This document shows, in pieces, positions 28,157-39,253 of a stretch of DNA of 64,000 nucleotides. This DNA comes from a virus (lineage: Duplodnaviria > Caudoviricetes). Position numbers and translations under genes: made by a program. The stretch covers positions 1 to 64,000 of the IMG/VR virus record IMGVR_UViG_3300013830_000006; one strand, given 5' to 3'. The notes under the pieces are model-generated. The model had not been told where the DNA came from. It searched no databases and saw nothing but the letters and a program-made list of their open reading frames with translations. Each line of letters starts with the position of its first letter. Position 1 is the stretch's first letter.

Positions 28157-31100
28157 TTAAATATCGTTAGTTGTTGTATCGTTATCTTCAAGCATATCTT
28201 TATCTACTGCATACTCAGGAGTAGGTCTGTATGTATGTAACTCTAATAACTTTCCAGCAGGTACACCTTCGCCTTCATGTCTGCCACATCTGGGACATAC
28301 ACCACCAAGAGGAATATGACCAACATAGCCGCATACAGGATCATGATCGATAGGATGGTTGATACTGAAATAAGTCATTCCGCTATCAGCCATAGCATCG
28401 ACTAATTTCTCCATAGCTTCGGTATTTTTAGTTGCGTCATAATCAAGTTCAATATAACTGATAACACCTGCACTGCACAGAGGATGATAAGGTGCTTCTA
28501 TCTTAATCTTATCATAAGCACTGATCTTGTAGTATACAGGTACATGACAGCTGTTCGTAATATACTCTCTGTCAGTAACTCCTTTGATAATACCAAAACG
28601 TTTTCTGCATGCTCTTAATAATCTGCCAGCGCATCCTTCAGCAGGAGTAGCAAACAAACTATAGTTTACTTTTTCCTTCTTGGCATAATCAGCTATACGA
28701 TCATGCATACGTTTAACTATTGCTAATCCTTTCTCCTGAGACTCTTTAGATTCGCCATGATGCTTACCAAACAGTGCAACCAAACATTCAGCTAATCCAC
28801 AGAATCCAACACTCTGAGATCCTTCTTTGATAGCCTGTTCAATTGAATCATCAGGAGTAAGATTCTCACTGCCAATGTACAGATGCTGTCCCATAGCAAA
28901 CGGGAAATTCTTAGCTTTACGTCTGCAGGCTAATTTGAATCTTTCCTTACTGAAAGCGATACAGTCATCTACACGGGTATCAAGAGCTTTATTAAATGCA
29001 TCATATAACTCTTCAGTAGTAGCATCAGGATTATTCTCTTTAACCTCTAATGCCAGATAAGGAAGATTAATAGTGGTAAAGAACAAATTACCTCTTCCTG
29101 TTACCTGACGATGTTTAGGATCATAAGTGTTGTCAATCACCCGGGTACGACAGTTGTGACTAAAGACACCTGAAAGATCAAAACGATCACTCTCGGTTTC
29201 AACATCATAACTTGGCTCAGCTATATCAAGTTTCTCAATTCTTTTAACCGAAATTATTTTAATTTCATCATGAGTAATTTCGTCGCGAAAAGGCGTACCC
29301 AAGACTGATATTTTTGATGAATCAACAAGTTTATAATGCGAAATAGCTTTGATGCAATCACCAACTTTAAGATTATCTACAGTAGTACGACCTCTCCCTT
29401 CAATCGGCAACGGATGATCACCTGTTACAATTATAGAACGATTATCAGAAAAAGTTATTTTCCAGAAATTAAATGATACTTTGTTATGAATAAGCGTTTT
29501 AACGTTAACAAATCCGCCACTATGCGAATCATAAACTTGTAACTCATCTCCAGAAAAGTAAATCACTTCGCAATTTTCAGTTATATGACTGATCGAATGC
29601 TGCATTGAGCACAGTTGCCACAGGGTGCTAAACGGATATGTAAACCATCCAGCTTTAGTTCTTATAGTAACTGATTCGTGTCCTTCAGCACATCCCATCG
29701 TCGCTACTTCTGTCTCAGGATGTCCTTTCTTATAATACTGGATATTCATAGGTGCAGAGACATTAACCCAATTAGGGAAGCCTCTCTTAGCTGATACTCT
29801 GATAGACTGCTGATACAAATCATAGTTCTTACAGCCTTTAGTAGTAACGCCTTTGAGTATCTTGAAAATAGCTATAGGGAAAATAGCTGTTTCACCAGCA
29901 CCTAATCCAGCATCAATAGCATTCATGAAATTTTTTGATACCATCCTGCCTTCTTCAGAAATATCGGTACCAAAATTACATGAACTAAAAGGAACCTGAC
30001 CACCTGATCTGGATGCTAATGTACAAAGATTGTGTATCAATGCTTCCATAGCCTGATAGGTTTCTCGTTCAGTCTTACGGTATGCATAATCAAACATATT
30101 CTCATGATTCAGATATCTTGGATCATTTGTAAACGGCAATGTATTCAGCAACACATCTTCAATTTTTGTTTTCCCTTCATCATCCATGATGTGCTCATGA
30201 ATATCGATATAAGCATCGATCGGTTCAATTAATTTTTCTTTAAGATATGCTGTTAGATCAAACTTTGAAAACATTGCCATTGTCATACCATCGATTGGTT
30301 CAAATACGTCTTCATATTTAATCTCAAGATATCTTGCTATATTTCTGATATATGATTTGGCTACAAAAGGAGCAAGATCATAATCAAGGGTCGGAATAGC
30401 TTGACCACCCGAATATCGGTATTCTGACTATATCATCTACTTCACCTTTCAGTGTTAAGTAGCCACATTTTTGGAATCAGTTCCAATTTCTGATTCTACT
30501 CTACTCGGTTACTCATAACAAATTGAGAGATCATCTAGCATAATCTCACCTTTGAAATTACCCTTTCGATAGTCGATTAACCTGTTACTTAGATGTTTGA
30601 TGTACTTTATGATTGATATTCATCTAAAATAACGTGGCACAGGATTGCCATATTCCCAAGCTATTTAAAACTGAATATGGTGTCCCCTGTTAGCAGAACA
30701 ATTAAGAACTCATTTACTAGTTCAAATCTTTCGACTTGTTCCACACCTTTTGGATAAAGTTAACGTGGTTTTCAATATACATTTCTGTATAAGGCTTCAG
30801 TGCTGTCTAAAGAAATCATTCTGCGAGGATTGGATGATAATAGCTATAAGAGTAGATGCACTTCCTATAGATTTAGGAGTTCTGAGATATCCATGACCTG
30901 TACTGAATCCAGTTCTCAGTAATCTTCCAGCAGGTATCATTAAGCAGTTAACAGCAAACATCGCAAGATCGCTATCGTGAATATGTATCTTGCCATCAAA
31001 ATGCATTTTAGCATACTTGGGTGAAATGTGATTGAAGAAATAATCTTTCATCACAGCTCCACCTACTTTGAATAAGCTGCCGCACATCGTATCTGCGTTA

Positions 31101-31465
31101 ATGTTAGCATTCTCACGTTTTTCATCAGAGTTAGCTGCATCAATGTTAACCAGATCATCAATAACATTATTAAGTTTAAGCTTACTTGTTCTTGCCTTGG
31201 TTCTCGCTTCTCTGTACTTGATGTACTCCTTAGCTACTGCTATGTAACCATTAGCAATAAGTGCATCTTCTACTACATCCTGAATATGCTCAACAGGAAC
31301 ATATTCCTTATTCTCATGAATAAGTTTGGTGTTAACATACTCAGCACAAATCTTAGAAGGTGCTGCTGAATCCATATCACAAGCTTCGAATGCTTTAAAA
31401 ATAGCATTCTGGATTTTGATAAGATTGTAATCTACAATTGTACCATCTCGTTTAACAACTTGCAT
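28157..31465 (-). CDS. nrdD: Anaerobic ribonucleoside-triphosphate reductase large subunit; exon 1 31465-30809, exon 2 30409-28157; contains an intein; lacks the Gly-radical tail
   Basis: ATP cone (VVKRDG), IHIHD, splicing restores QNDFF-GGQ, SRSGGQVPFS, intein removal restores TMG-CRT, ATPAEG, C-terminal CPRC. Confidence 0.93.
29153..29692 (-). mobile_element. Mini-intein (180 aa) in NrdD
   Basis: Starts Cys (CAEGHE), block B VTGDHPL, block F YDVET, ends SHN with +1 Cys; no endonuclease domain. Confidence 0.92.
30410..30808 (-). mobile_element. ORF-less group I intron (399 nt) in nrdD
   Basis: P1 CUUU|AG pairs with CUGAAG with U-G at the splice site; core AACAGGGGA, AATCCTGTG, TCGACTA, GATATAGTC; terminal G; frame restored. 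Confidence 0.92.
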
Positions 31466-31584
31466 ATATCATCCCTCAGTAATAATAGGCATATGATTAT
31501 ATTCAAATTAATGAATTTTGCCAAAAAAATAAATATCCGCACAGTATATACTAAACTAGATAAAAACCTAGCAAAACAAAAAGA

Positions 31585-31820
31585 AAAAGCCCGATTGCTC
31601 GGGCTTAAAGTTAAATGGAGACATGCGTCAACGACCCACATGTCTCCGGTGCTATTACCTACTCGGCCGGGTGCTTAGCAAAGAGCACACCTTTCGGTAA
31701 TGGAATGTCATCACATAGATGTGATGATGACTATAGTAGTCAGCATTACTACCCCTCCAGTTGATTGCCGATTTTTGTGGCACCAACTTTGGATTGATAG
31801 ATTACTTTCTACTATCACTA
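31585..31820 (-). ncRNA. Candidate multi-hairpin ncRNA with its own promoter motif and terminator
   Basis: Motif variant at 31823-31832; several hairpins; AAGCCCGA/TCGGGCTT-TTT terminator. Confidence 0.45.
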
Positions 31821-31882
31821 TTGTGATATATGTTTTAAAAAATAAGAGCTACACTCTCTATGAATAGAGAGTGTAGCCTTAA

Positions 31883-32407
31883 TTAAATCTTATTAGTTAC
31901 ATCAACGAATTCAATATCGTTATCAGTTACTACCGGAGTATAGATTTTCTGATTACTGCTGCCAGCCCATTTAACAGTACTGGGAGTTTTATCCTGTTCA
32001 AATCTTCCAACTTTAATGTAGTTAAACATAGATAAAAACAGCTTAAATCTTTCCTGAGTATGACACTTATGTATCAACTCATTTAGATCAGCACCTGTGA
32101 ATAGCATATAATCATATTCACGATTTGCTTCAGTTACTTTCTGCTTAATATAGATTAAAGTATCCAGAAGATCGTTATATTGATAAACAGGATCACCACC
32201 GCTAATAGTAACTCCAGTTTCAATAGGATCCTGCAATATCTCATTAGCTAATTCTTCTGAAGATATATCAACACCAGTACCGAATGCCCAGGTATGTTCA
32301 GAATGACAGCCTTTACAATGTCTTTTGCATCCCTGAACAAATACAGTACATCTCAATCCAGGACCATTAGCACCATCATCATGAATTATTCCCGCTAAGT
32401 TGATCAT
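31883..32407 (-). CDS. nrdG: Anaerobic RNR activase (radical SAM)
   Basis: NGPGLR..FVQGCKRHCKGCH, GVTISGGDP, GSSNQ. Confidence 0.93.
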   Translation of the reverse strand: MINLAGIIHDDGANGPGLRCTVFVQGCKRHCKGCHSEHTWAFGTGVDISSEELANEILQDPIETGVTISGGDPVYQYNDLLDTLIYIKQKVTEANREYDYMLFTGADLNELIHKCHTQERFKLFLSMFNYIKVGRFEQDKTPSTVKWAGSSNQKIYTPVVTDNDIEFVDVTNKI

Positions 32408-33155
32408 GCTTAATCTCCTTCATCATATTGTCAAGATTATTCATTTCAGTTTCTTTATAAATAGCACGAATAGGACGTATACCTTTCTTAATGTTAAGAT
32501 CACCTTTGACTACTTCGGCATCTATAACATCATCACCAGACAATTGTTTCATATTGTTCTGATGTAATAGATAGATAGTGCCTCTGATTAAATGCGTCTT
32601 ACCGTTAACAGAAAATATACCGTCAGGAGATAGCATATATATTTTATTTTTCATACTTGCATAAGTAAGACATCTAAAATACTTATCAGTTACATCCTTA
32701 GGATTAAAATCATAATCAAACTGATCTTTAGTTAGTCCTAATCCTTCTGATTCAATATCTATATTGTTAGACTGAGCAATATCATTGATGAAAAGATTAC
32801 CGCCACGAGGCATCAATAGTACTTTCTCAGATACTATAGATGCAGTGTTGTCAACAAAGATCAAAAATTTATTACTGTCATTAGCTGTTCGCTGTAACTG
32901 TGCTTTATAACGCATCAGACGATGAAGATAATCTTTGATCTTGGTGTTGTTATTACCATGCACCATAATCAAATCAAATTCATTCCATCGGCCATCGTTG
33001 TAATTATCTATACCAGCAACTAATACCTGATGAGACTGACAGATAATATTTTTAATACCATTATTAACAGTTAATGATTTCTTTTCATCTGGATAAACTA
33101 TATGCAGTGCTCGGGTGCATTTAGTCTTGAAATAACTACTTGATATGAGTAACAT
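32379..33155 (-). CDS. Hypothetical protein
   Basis: 258-aa ORF in an operon with nrdG. Confidence 0.6.
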   Translation of the reverse strand: MLLISSSYFKTKCTRALHIVYPDEKKSLTVNNGIKNIICQSHQVLVAGIDNYNDGRWNEFDLIMVHGNNNTKIKDYLHRLMRYKAQLQRTANDSNKFLIFVDNTASIVSEKVLLMPRGGNLFINDIAQSNNIDIESEGLGLTKDQFDYDFNPKDVTDKYFRCLTYASMKNKIYMLSPDGIFSVNGKTHLIRGTIYLLHQNNMKQLSGDDVIDAEVVKGDLNIKKGIRPIRAIYKETEMNNLDNMMKEIKHDQLSGNNS

Positions 33156-33938
33156 TTATAATCCTTTATAAGTACTTCTGGTAAGCTGATCCATAATAGG
33201 AAGCAAGATAGTATAATTCTTATTATCTATAACAGTAGGAATAGGCATTATGAATAACGGTTTCTCTCTGTCATTGAGAATCCTACATGCTTTCTGATAT
33301 CTTCGTACCCAATCTGATTCAATGATCATAAAGAATGGAATTCTTATATCGTATTTATGAATAAACACAAATTTATCTACCTGCTGTTTACACTTATTAT
33401 AAATACGTTCATAATCATTTCCAAACCATTGCTTCATCACGGTAATTGTTTTATCTGCAACACCAGTAACTGAAACAGGATGATAATGTTTAAGGCAATC
33501 CAGATAACCATAAACGTATAAGTGTTCAGTAGTTGATATACCTATAGTTGATTCAGTATTCTCAGCAGTGAATACAAACTTAGGTACATTTTTAAGAGTA
33601 TTTATCCAGAGTTCTTTTTCCTCTTCTAACTTACCACGGGAAAAAAATATAAAAATCGGGCGTTTGAGAAATAACTGATCAATACCTTTGGTTGTCTTAG
33701 CCGTAGAAAGAGTGACAGATGGGATACCATATGCATCGTAATCCCATCCGCACTCAAAACGCCCCTGAAGCCAAGAACAGATATGAGCTTCAGGAGAATC
33801 GTTGGAATCATTATAAAAAGCGAATGACTCCAACGACTGTATCAGAGTATCTGATAAAGATAATTCTTCTTTATTGCTAAGATAAATCAAATAGTTATTG
33901 GTATCAGCCTTCTCTACTGTGTAGTGAAGGTTTATCAT
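33156..33938 (-). CDS. Hypothetical protein (start MINLHY)
   Basis: AGGAGG RBS before ATG at 33938. Confidence 0.6.
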   Translation of the reverse strand: MINLHYTVEKADTNNYLIYLSNKEELSLSDTLIQSLESFAFYNDSNDSPEAHICSWLQGRFECGWDYDAYGIPSVTLSTAKTTKGIDQLFLKRPIFIFFSRGKLEEEKELWINTLKNVPKFVFTAENTESTIGISTTEHLYVYGYLDCLKHYHPVSVTGVADKTITVMKQWFGNDYERIYNKCKQQVDKFVFIHKYDIRIPFFMIIESDWVRRYQKACRILNDREKPLFIMPIPTVIDNKNYTILLPIMDQLTRSTYKGL

Positions 33939-35106
33939 TAGGTTCCTCCTTAGTTGATTTAGCATCAGAAGCATTAGCGATCTTACGTATAGGCCGTACA
34001 TTATATTGCCCAATCAATTCAAAATGATTCTGTATATATTTGAGCTGATTGAACTTTGCTTTATCTGAAAAATAACTGGCTCTTAAATATAGATCAAACT
34101 GCTCTGGTGCAAAGATATTAATTAGCTGTCTGCATATATATTCAGTAATATATGCGTCGTCGGCTAATTCCCAGTCTACTGCCAAATCATGCAAAGTCAG
34201 AACTTTATCACGAAATGTGCATATACATACGCCTATAAATTCGTACATCTGTTCGTATATCGGATTTGATTCTCTATTAACGAATATTCCAAACATCGTA
34301 ACAGATGTGTGATTAAAACGGCGTACTATGTCATCTTGCAGTATAATTGATATATCATTTCTTGACATATGTAAACTTTCAAGTCGACGATACGATCTAA
34401 ACATATCAGTACGTTTTAAAAGTTCAAATAACCTATCAAAATTAGCAATATTACAGTTATTTGCTTTATCGAAATGCGTTTTATAATTAGTTAAAATATT
34501 AGTTAATGCGTATCTTTTTTCTGCTCCTGAAGTAAGATACATGTGCTCTTCTATATCTCTGGTGATACAATCCGCTTCATTATATCTTAAAATGAGTGGT
34601 TCATTAGAACCAAAATACTTAGAACCTAAGCACTGCTGATTGTATAAATTATTGAGATCGCCGTCTACATCTAGTTTAGAAATTCGATTTAAATATCCTA
34701 TTTGCTGACATTTTGAAAAATGTTTATCTGCCCATTCTTCCATTATTTCGTAGCACATGTGTCTGCGATTGCTGAGCACACTTTCATCAAAAGCAAGATT
34801 TTCTATATCTGCACGATAGTTAAATAAATCAAGTCTTTTAATCTTAACTGTAAAATAACCAAGTACATTAAGAAGACCTTGAGACGGAAGCTGAAAATAA
34901 TCTACAAAAGCATAAAAATTCTCAGGAGGTTCAACCGGTCCTTTATCTTCGTCAAACATAGCAGTATAGTAGCCGATTACTAAAGATTTAGTGATCTTAG
35001 GATAAGTTTTACTATTAATGATAGCAATACTAGTTGGTCTACTAAAATCTCTAAGCTGTTCATAAAGAACAACTCCTTCTTCAGGAGTAAATGTATCTAT
35101 AATCAT
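33904..35106 (-). CDS. Hypothetical protein
   Basis: 400-aa ORF with GAGG RBS. Confidence 0.6.
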   Translation of the reverse strand: MIIDTFTPEEGVVLYEQLRDFSRPTSIAIINSKTYPKITKSLVIGYYTAMFDEDKGPVEPPENFYAFVDYFQLPSQGLLNVLGYFTVKIKRLDLFNYRADIENLAFDESVLSNRRHMCYEIMEEWADKHFSKCQQIGYLNRISKLDVDGDLNNLYNQQCLGSKYFGSNEPLILRYNEADCITRDIEEHMYLTSGAEKRYALTNILTNYKTHFDKANNCNIANFDRLFELLKRTDMFRSYRRLESLHMSRNDISIILQDDIVRRFNHTSVTMFGIFVNRESNPIYEQMYEFIGVCICTFRDKVLTLHDLAVDWELADDAYITEYICRQLINIFAPEQFDLYLRASYFSDKAKFNQLKYIQNHFELIGQYNVRPIRKIANASDAKSTKEEPNDKPSLHSREG

Positions 35107-35161
35107 AACTTTACCTCAGTTAAAAAGCAAGTAATTTCTCGGATTACTTGCCTGATAATAA

Positions 35162-36835
35162 TTAGCAGTTGTTAAGCTCAATTGCGCCAAGTGCATTCAA
35201 TAGTGCAACATGCTTTTCATCTGCGTACCACTCTTTGATATGGTCAATAACTGATTTGGATAACCCATACTGTCTCATCTCAGATTCAGACTGAAACAGC
35301 CTGTGTATATCAGTTACATGACGCACATCACGTACTACTTTACTTGCAATAACTTTACTGAAACCAGGAATGCTAAGCATAGTCAATAACTGTATCATCG
35401 CTATATTCTTAGCTGCTAAATAAAGTTTGTCAAGTAATTCCTGTGAAACTGATTTAGACTTAGACTCCATCATGCTGAAGATATCTGTTAACTTAGTTAT
35501 AGTTCCGCTATTGACAGCTTCGGCTATAAACTTGTCTCCAATACCTTTAACATTAAGAACATCTTTACCGATAATAAAAGTAAGAAGAGCTATAAGTCTG
35601 CCTTTACATTCGTCATTAGTGCATTTTAAATCAGTTGATATCTTTGTTACCTTTTCTCCGCAATAAGGACATACATCAGGAAGTCCATGATATCCGTTGC
35701 TCTCAATTATCTTTGAGATCTTAGGAATAACATCTGCACTCCGTATGACAGATACTTTAGTACCAACACCTATCTGATTACTCTCAACATAAGAAGCATT
35801 GTTAAGTGTAACTTTGTTTATGTTAACACCATTAATATTGATAGGCTCAATAACAGCAACCGGTGTTAATCTGCCAGTCCTGCCTATATTCCATTTGATT
35901 GCATCGATAACAGTATCAGAACCAGCCGCCCTAAATTTGTATGCAATACTAAACAACGGTGCATGAGTGTTCCAACCAACTACAGAATACAATTCAATGT
36001 TGTTCTGCTTGATTACAACACCGTCAATGTCATATGGAAGATCATTTCTTGAAATTCCTATAGCATTGATAGCATTCATAATCTCTCCAAGTGAATGACA
36101 TACCTCACCTCCTCTCGGAATATTGAATCCTAATTTCTTAAGTACTTCCATGCACTCATTGTGCTTAAGTTTGGAACCTTTAACTTTAACATCCCATGCA
36201 TAAAACAGCAGATTTCTTTTAGCTGTTACTTCTGGGTCGTCCTGCCTTAAACTACCAGCTGCGTAATTCCTACAGTTAGAAAACAGGGGCTGCTTGTTAG
36301 CTGCTCTGCTTATGTTTGCATCGTAAAATGCTTTCTTAGATACCACTACCTCACCACGTACTACTATTGGTTCAGCGTATGGAATACGTACAGGCAAGTT
36401 ACTGATTTTATAAGCATTGGGAGTTACTGATTCGCCGTACATACCGTTACCACGAGTAACGCAACGGATAAGTTCACCATGTTCATAAATTAATTCAACT
36501 GACAGTCCATCCATCTTGCAGTCGACATAAAACTCATCAGCATCCTTAAGATTCCTAAATCTCTTAAGAAATCTCTGCATATCGTTTTCATCGAATGCGT
36601 TCTCAAGACTATACATCGGATACACATGCTTAGTCTTATGCTCAAAAGCAGCCTCTCCAACTCTCTGAGTAGGTGAATTGACAGCAATATCCTTAGTTGA
36701 GTCTTCATAATCCTTGACACTCTTATACAGCTGATCGTACTCAGTATCAGGAATAAGAGACTTGTTATTGACATGATACTCGTAGCATAACTTATTCAGA
36801 TAGTCTACTTTCTCAAGATACTCATCATGGGTCAT
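35162..36835 (-). CDS. ligA: NAD-dependent DNA ligase without BRCT domain
   Basis: DTEYDQL, SPTQRVG, KMDG, TRGNG, RGEV, DGVVIK, GRTGRLTP, CPYC..C..C zinc finger; ends after the HhH region. Confidence 0.95.
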   Translation of the reverse strand: MTHDEYLEKVDYLNKLCYEYHVNNKSLIPDTEYDQLYKSVKDYEDSTKDIAVNSPTQRVGEAAFEHKTKHVYPMYSLENAFDENDMQRFLKRFRNLKDADEFYVDCKMDGLSVELIYEHGELIRCVTRGNGMYGESVTPNAYKISNLPVRIPYAEPIVVRGEVVVSKKAFYDANISRAANKQPLFSNCRNYAAGSLRQDDPEVTAKRNLLFYAWDVKVKGSKLKHNECMEVLKKLGFNIPRGGEVCHSLGEIMNAINAIGISRNDLPYDIDGVVIKQNNIELYSVVGWNTHAPLFSIAYKFRAAGSDTVIDAIKWNIGRTGRLTPVAVIEPININGVNINKVTLNNASYVESNQIGVGTKVSVIRSADVIPKISKIIESNGYHGLPDVCPYCGEKVTKISTDLKCTNDECKGRLIALLTFIIGKDVLNVKGIGDKFIAEAVNSGTITKLTDIFSMMESKSKSVSQELLDKLYLAAKNIAMIQLLTMLSIPGFSKVIASKVVRDVRHVTDIHRLFQSESEMRQYGLSKSVIDHIKEWYADEKHVALLNALGAIELNNC

Positions 36836-36948
36836 TTATCACCTTTGATATGAAATACCATACATAGCGTGGCTATGCTCCTTAATAAAATATCTAAACT
36901 AAACCTGAGACCTTGCGATCTCAGGCTTAGCTGACAGACTTAAACTAT

Positions 36949-37719
36949 TTACTTATTTTCTTCTTCGTCATCATCCCAGCTATCGTTATCAATCTCAACA
37001 GATACCTTTTTGGTAGCTTCCTCTAACTTCTTAGCTAAGTCAGCCATAACTTCATCCTGCTTCCTGGACTGCTCTTCAGGAGTTACAGCTGCCGTAGGAG
37101 TAGAAGGTTCAATATACGGCTGATGATTAATCTCTACTGGAACATCCTTAGATGCCTGAACTGCTGACATTGTTTGCTGCATAATTGACTTAATCTTATC
37201 AGCAGACTTAGCATTGAGCTTCTGAGCAGGAGTATCTTTCTTCTCAGGCTCAGGCTTAGGAGCAACAGGGGTATTCATGTAAAGATCATCGAGATTGGTA
37301 TCCTCTGAATACGGATCTAAATACGGAGTAGGTACATTCTCAGGATTCTCAATCTTCTTAAATGAGATGATAAGAGAAGACTTTTTGTACTCAACTTTAG
37401 TCTGTTCAAAGGCATTATCGAAGTAATCTTCTTTAATGATTTCCCACGCTGCAGGAGTCTCGATAGTCATCTCAACAAAGTTGAAAGTAATAACTGCTGC
37501 TAATCTAGGCCTAATTACTACTGCGACCTTCTTGGCGTTCTTGATGATGCTGTCCATCATTGAGCAGAAGTCAACCCACGATAATTCATAACCAAAGGTG
37601 TACTTATTATCTCTCCTCTGTTCAACGACATTGTTACCTACATTAATAATAATCTGATCATTAGGACCAGTACCGGTAAACTTAACTAAATCCTCAAACA
37701 TACGTACATATGTTGTCAT
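36949..37719 (-). CDS. Hypothetical protein with acidic tail
   Basis: 256-aa ORF downstream of the helicase. Confidence 0.6.
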   Translation of the reverse strand: MTTYVRMFEDLVKFTGTGPNDQIIINVGNNVVEQRRDNKYTFGYELSWVDFCSMMDSIIKNAKKVAVVIRPRLAAVITFNFVEMTIETPAAWEIIKEDYFDNAFEQTKVEYKKSSLIISFKKIENPENVPTPYLDPYSEDTNLDDLYMNTPVAPKPEPEKKDTPAQKLNAKSADKIKSIMQQTMSAVQASKDVPVEINHQPYIEPSTPTAAVTPEEQSRKQDEVMADLAKKLEEATKKVSVEIDNDSWDDDEEENK

Positions 37720-37726
37720 ATTACCC

Positions 37727-39253
37727 TCACATTAATTTAAATGATTCAACCAACTTAGCCTTATCCTTGAATATGTCTAAACGGATACGGGCATGGTTAA
37801 CCTGAGATGGAACTTCTTCATTACACATATCAATATAGTAAGTATCTTCGTCAGGTAACTCTCTCAATCTGCCTAAGCACTGAATTGTTTGAGGTACGCT
37901 GGCCATACTTACTGTGTTAATACATGTCTTTAATCCTTTAATATCACGTCCAGTTCCACAACTTTTTATAGTTGAAACGATGATATTACTCTTTAAAATC
38001 TCCTCATTGCCATAAGTTTTATCACCACTTAGAAATACTGAAACAGTTTCGCTCTCATCTACTTTCTTAATCAATGCATCGGACAATGCCAGAGCAAATT
38101 TACGTGTCTGACACAGAATAAGGCAATGCTGTCCTATCTTCCTGACATTGAAGAAATATTGATAAAGCATAGGAGTTACTACACAGTTAACAAAAAGTTT
38201 AAGATACTTTCTTTGCCTTACCAGATAATTTTCATAAAGCATGTGATTGTATCCTTTAGCTGTTTTGAATCTGGATAGATGCTCTCTAAAGATATTCAGA
38301 TGATAGAAAGCAAATTCTACCGTAGTGTATCTTTTAACTAACTGTTCTCCATATTTCAGTTCAGCTGGAAAATACATATCAAAGATACGCTTGCCATCAC
38401 GAGAAGTTCTCTGATATGTAGCCGACAGATAGATGTTGACTTTGATATTAGATCTAAAATCTATCTGACTATTAGTTCCAAACTTAAGATGACATTCATC
38501 TATTACTTTAATACCTATGCCTAATACAGTGCACAGTTCTTCATACGAACGTAATGTGTTATAGCCTTCTGCATTTTCAACAGTATACAAATCCAGTGTT
38601 CTGGTACTGAATAAAATAATAGCTGGCTTATAACCATTATCTATCATAGTCCAGAGATCTTTCAACGAATCAAATCCTCTGACTATATAAATATCATCTT
38701 TTGTTAAAGTTGTAAACTGAAAAATAGAATTAAGCCACTGATCTATCAACTGACCCAAAACAATAATTGCTCTATATCCTATCTTAACTATAGAGTTAAT
38801 TGACAGAAATGTTTTACCAAACCCCGGTCTTAATGCTAATGGCCTAAAACCAATTTTGTTGTTGATTAGAAAATCAGCTGCTTCTACCTGTTCCTCTCTA
38901 GGTTTGATACCATCTCTCAGATGCATCTCTACTGACTGCGGAACTATAGGCTCAACTATGTGCTGTTCTACTTCGAAATCATAAGCTTCCATATATTCAA
39001 TAAAACTGTCTAATGAATATCTAGGCATACGTAATTCACCATGAACGATATCGTACCACAGATATTTAGAAACAATTTCTACATATTTAAGCTTAGGATT
39101 CCATTCCCTCTCATACAAAACTCTACGGATAAAATCAGCTATAGAGAAATGCGTATCAGGTAAGATACCGTTTCTATAGACAGATACACTTATCCACGTA
39201 GTAGCTACATTCACTACTATGGTTTTAATCATACATCCTCCAAGGTTACTCAT
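37727..39253 (-). CDS. SF2 DExH helicase (phiKZ gp75/UvsW-like)
   Basis: GFGKT, DECH, SAT, GTGRDI, QCLGRLR. Confidence 0.88.
   Translation of the reverse strand: MSNLGGCMIKTIVVNVATTWISVSVYRNGILPDTHFSIADFIRRVLYEREWNPKLKYVEIVSKYLWYDIVHGELRMPRYSLDSFIEYMEAYDFEVEQHIVEPIVPQSVEMHLRDGIKPREEQVEAADFLINNKIGFRPLALRPGFGKTFLSINSIVKIGYRAIIVLGQLIDQWLNSIFQFTTLTKDDIYIVRGFDSLKDLWTMIDNGYKPAIILFSTRTLDLYTVENAEGYNTLRSYEELCTVLGIGIKVIDECHLKFGTNSQIDFRSNIKVNIYLSATYQRTSRDGKRIFDMYFPAELKYGEQLVKRYTTVEFAFYHLNIFREHLSRFKTAKGYNHMLYENYLVRQRKYLKLFVNCVVTPMLYQYFFNVRKIGQHCLILCQTRKFALALSDALIKKVDESETVSVFLSGDKTYGNEEILKSNIIVSTIKSCGTGRDIKGLKTCINTVSMASVPQTIQCLGRLRELPDEDTYYIDMCNEEVPSQVNHARIRLDIFKDKAKLVESFKLM

Noticed and set aside
30410-30808. 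TGA recoding or readthrough joining the two nrdD ORFs (gap is a multiple of 3)
   Set aside because: Several in-frame stops including TAA; group I features explain the gap, and other genes read normally in the standard code.
33904-35106. GNAT acetyltransferase fold (FIGVCICT..LHDLAVD)
   Set aside because: No acetyl-CoA-binding R/QxxGxG motif; too weak to call by eye.
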